NCBI RefSeq assembly: GCF_000734015.1
Contig: NZ_CP008796.1
Location: forward strand, 1,470,001 to 1,502,000
DNA from: Thermodesulfobacterium commune DSM 2178
Lineage (GTDB): Bacteria; Desulfobacterota; Thermodesulfobacteria; Thermodesulfobacteriales; Thermodesulfobacteriaceae
DNA length: 32,000 bases
Direction of reading: 5' to 3'
In this document: positions 15,050 through 23,874 of the stretch, one piece after another
Layout of the letters: every line of letters begins with the position of its first letter
How positions within the stretch are numbered: the first letter of the stretch is position 1
Position numbers and translations under genes: made by a program
Notes under the pieces: generated by a model
The model's database searches: none
Seen by the model: only the letters and a program-made list of their open reading frames with translations
Told to the model about the DNA's origin: nothing

Positions 15050-16070
15050 AACTATCCCAGGTTAGATGACTTACAGTTTGCGAAATCCTTTCTGGATCAA
15101 ACCTAAGGCTCAAGGCCTTTAAAATTGCTTGCCTTAAGTCTTCTTTTGTTCGGTTTACCACAAATCCATTAAGTCCCTCCTTAACAAACTCACTTGTCCC
15201 ATCATAAAAAGTGGTAACCACAGGAGTTCCCGTAGCTAAAGCTTCAAGCGTTGCCATGGCTCCAGGGTCATACCTCGTAGGAAGAACAAAAAGATCTGCC
15301 ATACCATAGTATTTTTCTACTTCTTGAATTTTACCTAAAAAACGCACCCTTCTGGTTGAGACTCCTTCTCTCCCCACAACAAGTAACTTAACCCTTTCGG
15401 GAAGCTCTGGTAAAACCTCCATCAAAAGAGAAAGCCCTTTCCTTTTGGCATCATACCCCACAAAAAGAAGCAAAAAATCTTTTTCGTCAAAGCCTTTTTC
15501 TTTTCTATAAATTGTTTTTAGCTTTTTCAAAGATGGGTTAAATCTTTTAAAATCCATTCCCCTATGACAAACTACAGTTTTACTGTAGACCTCTGGATAA
15601 AACTGTTTGATCAACTCTTTGCCAAGACAAAAAAGAGAAACCACCTTTTTTGCGTTAATAAGTGCTTTTTTTTCAAGGGTTAGAAGGATTTTATATCTAA
15701 GGCTAAAACGTCTAAAAATTGAAGCTTTTTGTTGCTGTAAAAAGGCTATCAAAGGGTCGCAAAGGATAAAGAGGTCAGAAGGATAGGGATAGCGAAAAAA
15801 GCTTATGAGTTTATAAGAAGAAAGATTGGCAAGGATTTTTTTGGCTTGATAGATAAAAAAAAGATGTTTGGGTACTGACCCAAAGCCTTTCCATTTTACC
15901 TGATATAGCTCCAAATTTTTTAGGATCTCTTCTGGGAAAGATATGGTATGGGCAATTAGTCCTACCTTAAACCCTCGTTCTAAAAGCTTTAAGGCTACGT
16001 TTGCTGCGTGGGCCTCAGCCCCTCCGATTCCAAAACCTATTTTTGGCCTTAAAAGAATGATTTTTTTCAT
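15018..16070 (-). CDS. Glycosyltransferase family 4 (GT-B, RfaG/WaaG-like)
   Basis: N-terminal GGAEAHAANVALKLLERG. C-terminal EX7E-type region PTRYDPGAMATLEALATGTPVVTT..GTSEFV. Confidence 0.85.
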   Translation of the reverse strand: MKKIILLRPKIGFGIGGAEAHAANVALKLLERGFKVGLIAHTISFPEEILKNLELYQVKWKGFGSVPKHLFFIYQAKKILANLSSYKLISFFRYPYPSDLFILCDPLIAFLQQQKASIFRRFSLRYKILLTLEKKALINAKKVVSLFCLGKELIKQFYPEVYSKTVVCHRGMDFKRFNPSLKKLKTIYRKEKGFDEKDFLLLFVGYDAKRKGLSLLMEVLPELPERVKLLVVGREGVSTRRVRFLGKIQEVEKYYGMADLFVLPTRYDPGAMATLEALATGTPVVTTFYDGTSEFVKEGLNGFVVNRTKEDLRQAILKALSLRFDPERISQTVSHLTWDSYVDCLISQLE

Positions 16071-16079
16071 CCAAAAACG

Positions 16080-17639
16080 CTATAAAACATAAACTTTGAT
16101 ACCTGAGGATTCTAACCGTTGTTTTAACACAAAGGTGTTTTCTTTAAATATCTCTCGTTCCAGGATAGCAAATTTATATCCTTTAGAAGTGATGTAGTTT
16201 ACCACCTCATCCACAGGTTTTTTCCCAAGTTTAACATAAAAATCTCGCCATTCGATTGCGGGACACAGAGGAACTTTTTTGTAGTTTGAAACATAGAAAA
16301 GAATTCTTCCTTCTCTGGTAAAAACTAAATTTTTACAGGCTTTTTCCGAGCAAACCTTTAGTTCTTCCTCTGGAAGAGACCTTGCTATATCTAAGGCTAC
16401 CTGTTTAATCCCTAATTTATCTACCCTTTCTGGCTGAAACACCTTAATACCTGAAAAAATTATGATATAGGCCATAAGAAGTCCTATAATCTTGTTAGAA
16501 GAAAGCCTAAATCTCCGTTCTAAAAAGGCTTTAACGTTAAGAATCCCTAATCCCACGATAGGGCTTACAAAATAGAGAAGGGGCAACATATATCTTTTTT
16601 CCATATACCATTTAGCAAAGGTAAAATACCAGAGTCCCACAAAATATCCCACTGAAACTACCAAAAAGTAGGTAGTTAAAGGGTTTTCCTTAAGAAAACT
16701 TCTTAAGTTTTTAAACCCTGCTAAAAATAAAAGAAAGATAGGGAAGTGTAGAGCAGGGATAAACTTATAAAAAAAAGTGGTTCCAAAGGCAATCAGCCAA
16801 AGGTTCTGTTTTAAAATGTCCCAGAAATAAGGAGAAGGCATAGGAATGTCTAAATACCTGAAGTTTTTTAACTCTTTTGCGAAGGGCTGTTCAAAGGGGT
16901 TTAAGCAAGAAAGCTTGCCCTTTAATTCAACCAAAAAAAACCCTTTATAAAAACTTACATAACCTATACCCACTAAAAGAAGGATAAAAGGTATTATAGA
17001 AAAGCTAACCAAGGTGTTTAAGGCTGATTTTTTGTCTTTTCCAAAGATAAAACAGAAAAGAAGGTACAAGAAAGTTAACCCTATGAGAAATACTCCTTCA
17101 ATCCTTACCCAAGAAGATAAAACCCAGAAAAGATTGGCTAACACAAAAAGAATAACCTTTTTTTTGCTTGACTCCTGATAACCTTTTATAAAAAACCAGA
17201 CTCCCAAAAGGACTAAAAAGGTAAAAAAAGACTCCCTCATCACCTCTGCAGACTCTTTTATCAAGGTTGGATTAAAGCTATAGGCTAATAAAACTAAATA
17301 AAGGATAGGAGCTTTAAAAACTCTTCTCATGATTGAATAAAGCAAAACCAAAGAAAGAGAGCTTGAGACAAAAGAAACCAACTTTCCTGCAACTTCCCAA
17401 TCTCTAAAAAGATAATAAAACGGAACGATCGCAACTGAAAAGAGGTTAATTTCTTTGATCCTTGAAGAAAGGCCACAAAGGTCTAAAAGATTGAGATTGC
17501 CTGTAGCAAGGACCATCGCCTGATAAAGATAAAGGGGAGAATCGCGAGAAATAAGCTCTATCGACCAGAACTCGAAGGGTCTGAGGACAAATCCAACGAG
17601 TAAAACTACTATCCCGATTTTATCAATCCTGTCTTTCAT
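16080..17639 (-). CDS. Polytopic GT-C-type glycosyltransferase (ArnT/PMT, GT39/GT83-like) with a C-terminal soluble domain
   Basis: About 12 hydrophobic segments and an N-terminal loop with SRDSPLYLYQA (a D/E-containing first periplasmic loop is typical of GT-C). It sits in the LPS cluster. The family call is by architecture only. Confidence 0.55.
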   Translation of the reverse strand: MKDRIDKIGIVVLLVGFVLRPFEFWSIELISRDSPLYLYQAMVLATGNLNLLDLCGLSSRIKEINLFSVAIVPFYYLFRDWEVAGKLVSFVSSSLSLVLLYSIMRRVFKAPILYLVLLAYSFNPTLIKESAEVMRESFFTFLVLLGVWFFIKGYQESSKKKVILFVLANLFWVLSSWVRIEGVFLIGLTFLYLLFCFIFGKDKKSALNTLVSFSIIPFILLLVGIGYVSFYKGFFLVELKGKLSCLNPFEQPFAKELKNFRYLDIPMPSPYFWDILKQNLWLIAFGTTFFYKFIPALHFPIFLLFLAGFKNLRSFLKENPLTTYFLVVSVGYFVGLWYFTFAKWYMEKRYMLPLLYFVSPIVGLGILNVKAFLERRFRLSSNKIIGLLMAYIIIFSGIKVFQPERVDKLGIKQVALDIARSLPEEELKVCSEKACKNLVFTREGRILFYVSNYKKVPLCPAIEWRDFYVKLGKKPVDEVVNYITSKGYKFAILEREIFKENTFVLKQRLESSGIKVYVL

Positions 17640-17674
17640 ACCCGCTATTTTAGCTTAATTTCAAGAAATTAAAA

Positions 17675-18430
17675 TTATAGTTTTTTTCCTCTTTTTTTGG
17701 CTTTGAGTGTTCTTCTTCTGATTAACCAGACCTTGAGTTTTACTAAAAATTTTAGCAACCCTTTAGAAGACTGGTTAACCAGACCTAAATAATAAGATAG
17801 GAACTTCTCAAATAGGATCGGTCCGCTATTTCCAAAATACTCCTCAAAAGAATAGCCAAGCTGGCCTAAATCCTTAATTTGATAACTTAGGGGAATTTTG
17901 GGATCTTTGATAACCCTTGATACGTCTAAAAACCCTAAGTTTTGGCTATGTTCATCCCAGAAAAAATGGTTTAGATAACAATCTTGATGAAAAAAATTTT
18001 TTAAATGCATTCTTGAAATCAGCTCTGCAAGTCTGTAGAGTAAATTTTCTTGGTTTTGTTGGCTCTTTGGTATTAAACTTGAAAGGGGGACTCCTTTTAG
18101 GGCAAAGGTTGCTATTTTAACCTTATCGAAAGATTTGTGCCTGAAAAAAGGTTCAGGGACAGAAAACCCTAAAGTTTTTAGTTTTAAAAGATTTTCCCAC
18201 TCAGCCTCTGCCTCCTCAAAGTGGGCAGTATAGATTTTGATATAAAATTTCTGTCCGTTTACCTCATAACCTTTGATTTGTCTGTAGCGTTTTTCTCGTT
18301 CAAAAAAAGGAGCAGGGAGGTTGAGTCTTAACAAATTAGGGTCGAAAATTTTATAAAAAAACGGCAAATGTGCATCAACAACTTCAAAATCAGAGATCTT
18401 TGAAACATACATGTTTAATATTTTATTCAA
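17675..18430 (-). CDS. Lipopolysaccharide kinase (Kdo/WaaP/InaA) family protein, second copy
   Basis: MHLKNFFHQDCYLNHFFWDEHSQNLGFLDVSRV matches the H-x-D...N...D catalytic pattern of Kdo/WaaP kinases. The start overlaps the GT9 stop (ATGA-type 4-nt overlap). Confidence 0.7.
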   Translation of the reverse strand: MNKILNMYVSKISDFEVVDAHLPFFYKIFDPNLLRLNLPAPFFEREKRYRQIKGYEVNGQKFYIKIYTAHFEEAEAEWENLLKLKTLGFSVPEPFFRHKSFDKVKIATFALKGVPLSSLIPKSQQNQENLLYRLAELISRMHLKNFFHQDCYLNHFFWDEHSQNLGFLDVSRVIKDPKIPLSYQIKDLGQLGYSFEEYFGNSGPILFEKFLSYYLGLVNQSSKGLLKFLVKLKVWLIRRRTLKAKKRGKKL

Positions 18431-19554
18431 TTTTCTTTAGAAGTTTCTAAAAATTTTTTAACTCCGGCTACGATTTTTTCGGGGTCTATCAATTTAACAC
18501 AGGTTCTTATGTTGTTTTTACAAAAGCTAACGGTTTTAAAAACAAAACTACAAGGTGCGCAACTGAGGTTTTCCCTAACCCAAAATATTCTACTCTCTGT
18601 AGGATGTTGCTCAGAGATGTCTATGGGTCCCGGGATGTAAACAATAGGAATTTTTAAAGCATCTGCCATGTAGGTTATTCCTGTATCAACTCCTATAAAG
18701 ACAGAAAATCTTTCTAGTAGGGCTGGTAGTTCTCCTAAACTAAATCTTCCTGTCAAATCTAAAACTTTTTCTTTATTTTTAACCAGTTTTAATACCTCTT
18801 GTGCTTTATGTTTATCTTGAGAGGATCCAACCAAAACGAAATAACAATCTTTTTCTTGTAAAATTTTATTTATAACTTCTGCGATTTTTTCGTTTTCTAA
18901 CTCCTTAAGCTTATTTCCACTACTAACTGCTATACCAACAAGTGGTTTGGTTATACCTTGTAAGACTTCTGTTACCTTTTTGTCTGCATCTGAAGTTTTA
19001 TAAACTTCTTTAAAAAGGTTGTTGCTTTGGATTCCTATCTTTCCTAAGAGTTTTAAATAGGTTTCAACCACCAGCTGACCTGAAACATGAGTTTCTAAAT
19101 AGGTATAAAATTTAGAGGCAAGGCGAAAGGTTAACCCGCAAAAATTAGGCAATATAGAAATCCTTGTAGGAACCAACCCCCATAAAAGACCTATGGTAAA
19201 AGGTACATTCGGATTAAGTGCTATACCTAAATCATATTCTCCTTTTCTTATATGATTGGCAAGTTTGATCTTACCTAAAAACCCTTTATAGTCCTTGGGT
19301 GAAAAAAAAACAACTTCATCGATGTAAGGATTATTTTCTGCAAGTTCTTTTACCACAGGATTAACCATTACAGTTAAACGAGACTCAGGATAGGTTTTTT
19401 TAATCTCTCTAAACACATGCGTAGTACAAATAAAATCCCCTATTTTTGCAGCCTGAATGACCAAAATTTTTCGAAATTCTTTGTTTCTATTCTTTAAACT
19501 GATAATAAACTGGATTAAAGGATAAAAAAGGTAACTTAACAATAGGTAAAGCAT
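18427..19554 (-). CDS. Glycosyltransferase family 9 (LPS heptosyltransferase, WaaC/WaaF-like)
   Basis: ILVIQAAKIGDFICTTHVFREIKKTYPESRLTVMVNP is the classic GT9 N-terminus. The C-terminal part has GVDTGITYMADALKIPIV. Confidence 0.8.
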   Translation of the reverse strand: MLYLLLSYLFYPLIQFIISLKNRNKEFRKILVIQAAKIGDFICTTHVFREIKKTYPESRLTVMVNPVVKELAENNPYIDEVVFFSPKDYKGFLGKIKLANHIRKGEYDLGIALNPNVPFTIGLLWGLVPTRISILPNFCGLTFRLASKFYTYLETHVSGQLVVETYLKLLGKIGIQSNNLFKEVYKTSDADKKVTEVLQGITKPLVGIAVSSGNKLKELENEKIAEVINKILQEKDCYFVLVGSSQDKHKAQEVLKLVKNKEKVLDLTGRFSLGELPALLERFSVFIGVDTGITYMADALKIPIVYIPGPIDISEQHPTESRIFWVRENLSCAPCSFVFKTVSFCKNNIRTCVKLIDPEKIVAGVKKFLETSKEN

Positions 19555-19561
19555 ATCAAGT

Positions 19562-20773
19562 TTACTTTTTTCCTAAAACTTCTGTGAAAACTTTTTCTAC
19601 TCCCTCTACATATTTTTCAATAGAAAAATTCTTCAAAATCCTCTTTCTTCCCTGTTCTCCTAGTTTTTTTCTCAACTGAGGATCCTTTATCAACAGCGAA
19701 ATTTTTTCTGTAAATCCTTGAGGATTTTTAGGGGGAACAAGAAAACCTGTCTCTCCATCTATCACCAAACTAAGAACTCCAGGTATCTTTGAGGCCACAA
19801 CCGGTTTCCCCATAAGCATAGATTCTAAAATAACACGACCGAATCCCTCCCTTTCTGATGTCAACACAAACACATCAAAGGCTTTAATATACGAAATAGG
19901 GTCAGACTGAAAACCAGCAAAAATAATCTCTTTTTCTAAATTCCTCTCTCTAACCAATTTCATCAACTCTTCCTTTTCTGGGCCATCTCCTACTATAACT
20001 GCTTTAAAAGGTTCTTTGACTTGCTTTTTTAACAAAAATATTGCCTCAATAAAATCATCCACTCTTTTTATTTTACGTAAAGTCCCAACTGTCCCTATAA
20101 CGACATCTTTTTCAGAAATGCCTAAATTTTTTCTTATTTCGTTAGGAGGCATAGAAGGTTTTAAATGTATATCTATTCCATCGTAAACCACCACACATTT
20201 TTCTGAGAAAATACCATTTTCTACCAAAAAATTCCTTACGCCATCTGAAACACAGATTATTTTTTCTAACCAGAGATTAGTTTGTTTTATTAAAAATTTA
20301 TTTAACTTAGGTATTGTTCTACAATGAAGCACAGCAGGAACATTTGTCATTTTTGCAGCTAAGATTCCTTCAAGATTGGTTGCAGGCTGATTGTTCATGT
20401 ATATCAAGTCTATCTTTAAATCTTTTACAATTTTTGCGATAATTTTGGCGTTAGGTTTTATGCGAAAGAAATAATCTACCCAAAAAATTGCATATTTTCT
20501 TAATTTTTGATTGAAAAACAGAAGAACTCTCAAAAATTCCTTTATCAATTTGGTTTTCAACGATTTAGGTTGTTGTGGCAACAAAATAAACTTTACCCCT
20601 AACTTTTCAAGCTCTTTTTGAACGTTAGATTCAAACCCTTTATTATAGTTGTGATAAAACAAAGCAGTAAAATAATATTTTTCCTTATTTATGCGTTTTA
20701 AAAGTTCAATTAAGGAAACAGTCCCTCCGCCCCATTCTTTTCCTGTATCAAAGATTAGGATCTTATGGCTCAT
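19562..20773 (-). CDS. Glycosyltransferase family 4 (GT-B)
   Basis: WGGGTVSLIELL N-terminus; C-terminal TSEREGFGRVILESMLMGKPVVASKIPG...DGETGFLV. Confidence 0.85.
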   Translation of the reverse strand: MSHKILIFDTGKEWGGGTVSLIELLKRINKEKYYFTALFYHNYNKGFESNVQKELEKLGVKFILLPQQPKSLKTKLIKEFLRVLLFFNQKLRKYAIFWVDYFFRIKPNAKIIAKIVKDLKIDLIYMNNQPATNLEGILAAKMTNVPAVLHCRTIPKLNKFLIKQTNLWLEKIICVSDGVRNFLVENGIFSEKCVVVYDGIDIHLKPSMPPNEIRKNLGISEKDVVIGTVGTLRKIKRVDDFIEAIFLLKKQVKEPFKAVIVGDGPEKEELMKLVRERNLEKEIIFAGFQSDPISYIKAFDVFVLTSEREGFGRVILESMLMGKPVVASKIPGVLSLVIDGETGFLVPPKNPQGFTEKISLLIKDPQLRKKLGEQGRKRILKNFSIEKYVEGVEKVFTEVLGKK

Positions 20774-20947
20774 ATGTTTTCAAACTCGTTAGTTTTTATT
20801 CAAACTCAAAATTAAATATAGCTTGAAAAAAGTTTTTTAAAAGCCTCTGAAACAGCAAAAAACAGGGGTTGCAATTTTTTTAAATAGGTATTAACTAAAA
20901 TTTTAAGTTAAAAAAAGTTTAATCGAAGACTTAGAGGAGGGTTTATC

Positions 20948-22060
20948 ATGATCATCATTATGGAACCTCACGTTACTCAAGAAAGCCCAGAGTTTCATTC
21001 TCTATTAAAATATCTCGAACGATTTCCCCATTTACATATCAAGGTGATCGAAAACAAAGGGGTTACTCGTACGCTACTTGAAGTACACCTGATAGGAGAA
21101 GACTATATGGTGTCTCAGGAAGATATAGAAAGCTTACCAGGGGTTGAAAAAGCCATAAAGGTTACTGCTAAATATAGGTTGATAGGAAGGCATGGGGTTC
21201 TTACTGACCTGGGGTTCACCTATAAAGACCTAAAATTTAGCCAAGATTCCTTCCATATCTTTGCAGGGCTTTGTGCTGTAGATACTTATGAGAATGCTGA
21301 AGCTATTTTTAAAGCTTTAAAAGAGAACGGGGTGTGTTGTGCTAGAATGGGGGCTTATAAACCAAGAACCTCGCCTTATGACTTCCAGGGCTTAGGGAAA
21401 GAATGCCTTCCCTGGCTGTTTGACTTAGCAGGAAAATATGGGATTAAAGTAATAGTGATGGAGGTGCTCTCTCCTCATCATATAGATGAAATTAGAGAAG
21501 CCCTGGACCTAACAGGCCATCCTTGTGGGGTTATCCTACAAATAGGGACAAGAAACGCCCAAAACTTTGAGTTGTTAAAGGCTGTAGGCAGGCAGTTAGA
21601 TTTTCCTGTGCTTTACAAAAGAGGATATGGACTCTCTTTAGAGGAAAGCCTGAATGCCGCCGAATACATAGCCTCAGAAGGAAATACCAACATCATCTTT
21701 TGCCTAAGAGGTGTTAGAACTCACTTAGGAGACCCCCATAGAAACCTGGTAGATTTTTCCCATGTTCCTGTAGTCAAAAGACTTACCAGATTGCCTGTAT
21801 GCATAGACCCTTCTCATCCTATAGGTTCCAGAGTAAAAGCTCCAGATGGTATTAGAGACATCTATCATATAACTGCACAGGGGGTAATTGCCGGAGCCAA
21901 TGCCATCCTGGTAGAGTTTCATCCCTGCCCAGAAAAGGCTTTATGTGATGGGCCTCAGGCCTTGCCATTAGAGGAGCTTCCTCTTTATCTTGAGTATGTA
22001 TATAAGGTGAGAGAAACCTACTTAGAGCTTAAAAAGTTGGTAAAAGATAAGGGTGTTTAG
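20948..22060 (+). CDS. aroF: 3-deoxy-7-phosphoheptulonate (DAHP) synthase, type I-beta, with an N-terminal ferredoxin-like regulatory domain
   Basis: Core motifs ARMGAYKPRTSPYDFQGLG, ILQIGTRNAQNF and VCIDPSHPIG. About 80 aa of N-terminal extension (MIIIMEPHV...VEKAIKV) matches the Thermotoga-type FL/ACT-like domain. GGAGGG RBS 6 nt upstream. Confidence 0.9.
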   Translation: MIIIMEPHVTQESPEFHSLLKYLERFPHLHIKVIENKGVTRTLLEVHLIGEDYMVSQEDIESLPGVEKAIKVTAKYRLIGRHGVLTDLGFTYKDLKFSQDSFHIFAGLCAVDTYENAEAIFKALKENGVCCARMGAYKPRTSPYDFQGLGKECLPWLFDLAGKYGIKVIVMEVLSPHHIDEIREALDLTGHPCGVILQIGTRNAQNFELLKAVGRQLDFPVLYKRGYGLSLEESLNAAEYIASEGNTNIIFCLRGVRTHLGDPHRNLVDFSHVPVVKRLTRLPVCIDPSHPIGSRVKAPDGIRDIYHITAQGVIAGANAILVEFHPCPEKALCDGPQALPLEELPLYLEYVYKVRETYLELKKLVKDKGV

Positions 22061-23027
22061 TGCCTTTTTTTTACCTTCTTTTGACTGGATACAGATAGAA
22101 GTTTCAGGTCTGTGTAATGCACAATGTTTTTATTGTCCCCATACCGTCTGGCGAAAAGACTGGTTAGGGGCCAATTTAAGTTTAGCTACTTTTAAGAAAC
22201 TCCTTCCTTATTTTAAAAAAACTAAACTTGTTTATCTACAGGGCTGGGGGGAACCCCTTCTTAATCCTGAGTTTTTTGAGATGGTAAGGCTGGCTAAAGC
22301 CCAGGGAGTTAAAGTAGGTTTTACCACAAATGGCACCTTAATAAACGAAGACCTTGCAGAAAAAATAGTGTTTTCTAAGGTTGACGTTTTAGCCCTTTCT
22401 TTAGCAGGGATAGAAACCAACGACCGTTTAAGAAAAGGAACTTCTCTTAATCAGGTTTTGAAAGCTATAGAAACCATAAACTCTGTTAAGACGTTAAAAC
22501 AGCAAAATCCTCAAATTCATATAGCTTACATGCTTCTCAGATCAAACGAGTATGAACTGGAAAGATTACCTGAATTTTTGGCAGAATATGGTATAAGAGA
22601 AATCATAGTTAGCCTTCTTGATTTCGTCCCCTCTAAAGATTTAGAGGAGGAATGTCTTGCTCCTCAAACTGAAGAGGATTTTAACCTCCTTAAAAAGCGG
22701 GCTGAAAAAGTGGCTGAAAAAGCTAAATCCTTGGGCTTAAAGATGATTTTCAACCTACCGTCGCCTTGTTCTCAAGGAAGGGTATGTAGCGAAAACCCGA
22801 TAAAAAGCCTTTTCATTAACTCCCTTGGAATGGTATCCCCATGCGTGTTTACAGGAATTCCAGTCAAACAAAAAACAAACGTCTATTTTGGTAACATCCA
22901 TCAAGAAACCCTTAAGGCTATATGGAATAAACAGGAATATAAAGAGTTTCGAGAGGCTCATCTTTCTCGAGCTAAACCACCGGTTTGTGCAACCTGTCCC
23001 AAAGCAAGGATTGAGTTAGTCTTTTAA
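22053..23027 (+). CDS. Radical SAM enzyme with a partial SPASM/twitch-like Cys-rich C-terminus, function unknown
   Basis: CNAQCFYC (CX3CX2C) at residues 20-27, LQGWGEPLLNPEF and GFTTNGTLI. C-terminal cysteines are CSQGRVC...SPC...VCATC. The GTG start overlaps the aroF stop by 8 nt. Confidence 0.8.
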   Translation: MFSAFFLPSFDWIQIEVSGLCNAQCFYCPHTVWRKDWLGANLSLATFKKLLPYFKKTKLVYLQGWGEPLLNPEFFEMVRLAKAQGVKVGFTTNGTLINEDLAEKIVFSKVDVLALSLAGIETNDRLRKGTSLNQVLKAIETINSVKTLKQQNPQIHIAYMLLRSNEYELERLPEFLAEYGIREIIVSLLDFVPSKDLEEECLAPQTEEDFNLLKKRAEKVAEKAKSLGLKMIFNLPSPCSQGRVCSENPIKSLFINSLGMVSPCVFTGIPVKQKTNVYFGNIHQETLKAIWNKQEYKEFREAHLSRAKPPVCATCPKARIELVF

Positions 23028-23073
23028 TCCCTAAAGTAGTAAAATTAAAAAATAGAGGTAAAATAAAGTCCTT

Positions 23074-23868
23074 ATGATTATATCCTTTTTGCCTACTTTT
23101 AAAGGTGATGTTAACTATTTTTTGTTCGAACCTTTAGATAAGGATTTTTTTGACCTTTTATCCAAAGCCAAGGCAGTGATCTTCCCTCCTACAGTTACTT
23201 CAGACCTTTATTTTTTGGTAAAAAATTCAGGTGTTCCTGTTTTTCCTGAATATACTTTAAGGTTTCAATATCCTGGGAAAATCGGACAAATTTTTATGTG
23301 TAAAAACCTAAGACTTCCTCATCCAGAGAGTGTGGTATTGCCAAGGCTTTGTGGATTAGAAGAAAACCCCTATCGCAAGGGAATAAAACTCAGCTTTCCT
23401 GTGGTGGTTAAAGGCAACTGGGGAGATGAGGGGACAGAGGTTTTTCTCTTAAAAACTAAAGAGGATTTTTACAACTTTTTACCTACGCTTAAGACTTGGG
23501 AGAGGTCTGGTAGATATGGGGTGGTCTTCCAGGAATACATACCTGAGGAGTTTGACGCAAGAAGTGTGGTTATTGGGGATACCATTTTGGTTTTCTTCAG
23601 GGCAGGAGGGTTTAAGAAAAACCTGGTGCAAGAAGGTACCATAATCCCTCCTCCTCAACGGGGGTTAAAAAGAAGGGTGGTTGAACTTACCAAAAGAATT
23701 ATAGCCAAAACAAGATTTAATCTGGTAGCCATAGACTTTCTTTTTAAAGACAAAAAACCCCTGGTAAACGAATTTAATTTTACCTTTGGAAGGCGAGCTT
23801 TAGGAGAAAAACGCTACGAGACCTTACTCAAAAAAGCTATCAAAAAATTTTTAGAAGAAGTTTTATGA
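23074..23868 (+). CDS. Small ATP-grasp ligase (RimK/GshB-like fold), substrate unknown
   Basis: FPVVVKGNWGDEGTEVFLLKT (K plus Gly-rich loop), VVFQEYIPEEFDARSVVIG, NLVQEGT and VAIDFLFKDKKPLVNEFNF follow the ATP-grasp motif order. Confidence 0.7.
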   Translation: MIISFLPTFKGDVNYFLFEPLDKDFFDLLSKAKAVIFPPTVTSDLYFLVKNSGVPVFPEYTLRFQYPGKIGQIFMCKNLRLPHPESVVLPRLCGLEENPYRKGIKLSFPVVVKGNWGDEGTEVFLLKTKEDFYNFLPTLKTWERSGRYGVVFQEYIPEEFDARSVVIGDTILVFFRAGGFKKNLVQEGTIIPPPQRGLKRRVVELTKRIIAKTRFNLVAIDFLFKDKKPLVNEFNFTFGRRALGEKRYETLLKKAIKKFLEEVL

Positions 23869-23874
23869 AAAATC

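Noticed and set aside
17917-18120. ORF 17917..18120 (+)
   Set aside because: It is antisense inside the second LPS-kinase-family gene and has no supporting signal.
22053-23868. The idea that the rSAM plus ATP-grasp pair is PylB/PylC (pyrrolysine biosynthesis)
   Set aside because: PylB is a BioB/ThiH-type TIM-barrel rSAM without SPASM-like cysteines. No pylD, pylS or pylT is present. The resemblance is only at the superfamily-pair level.
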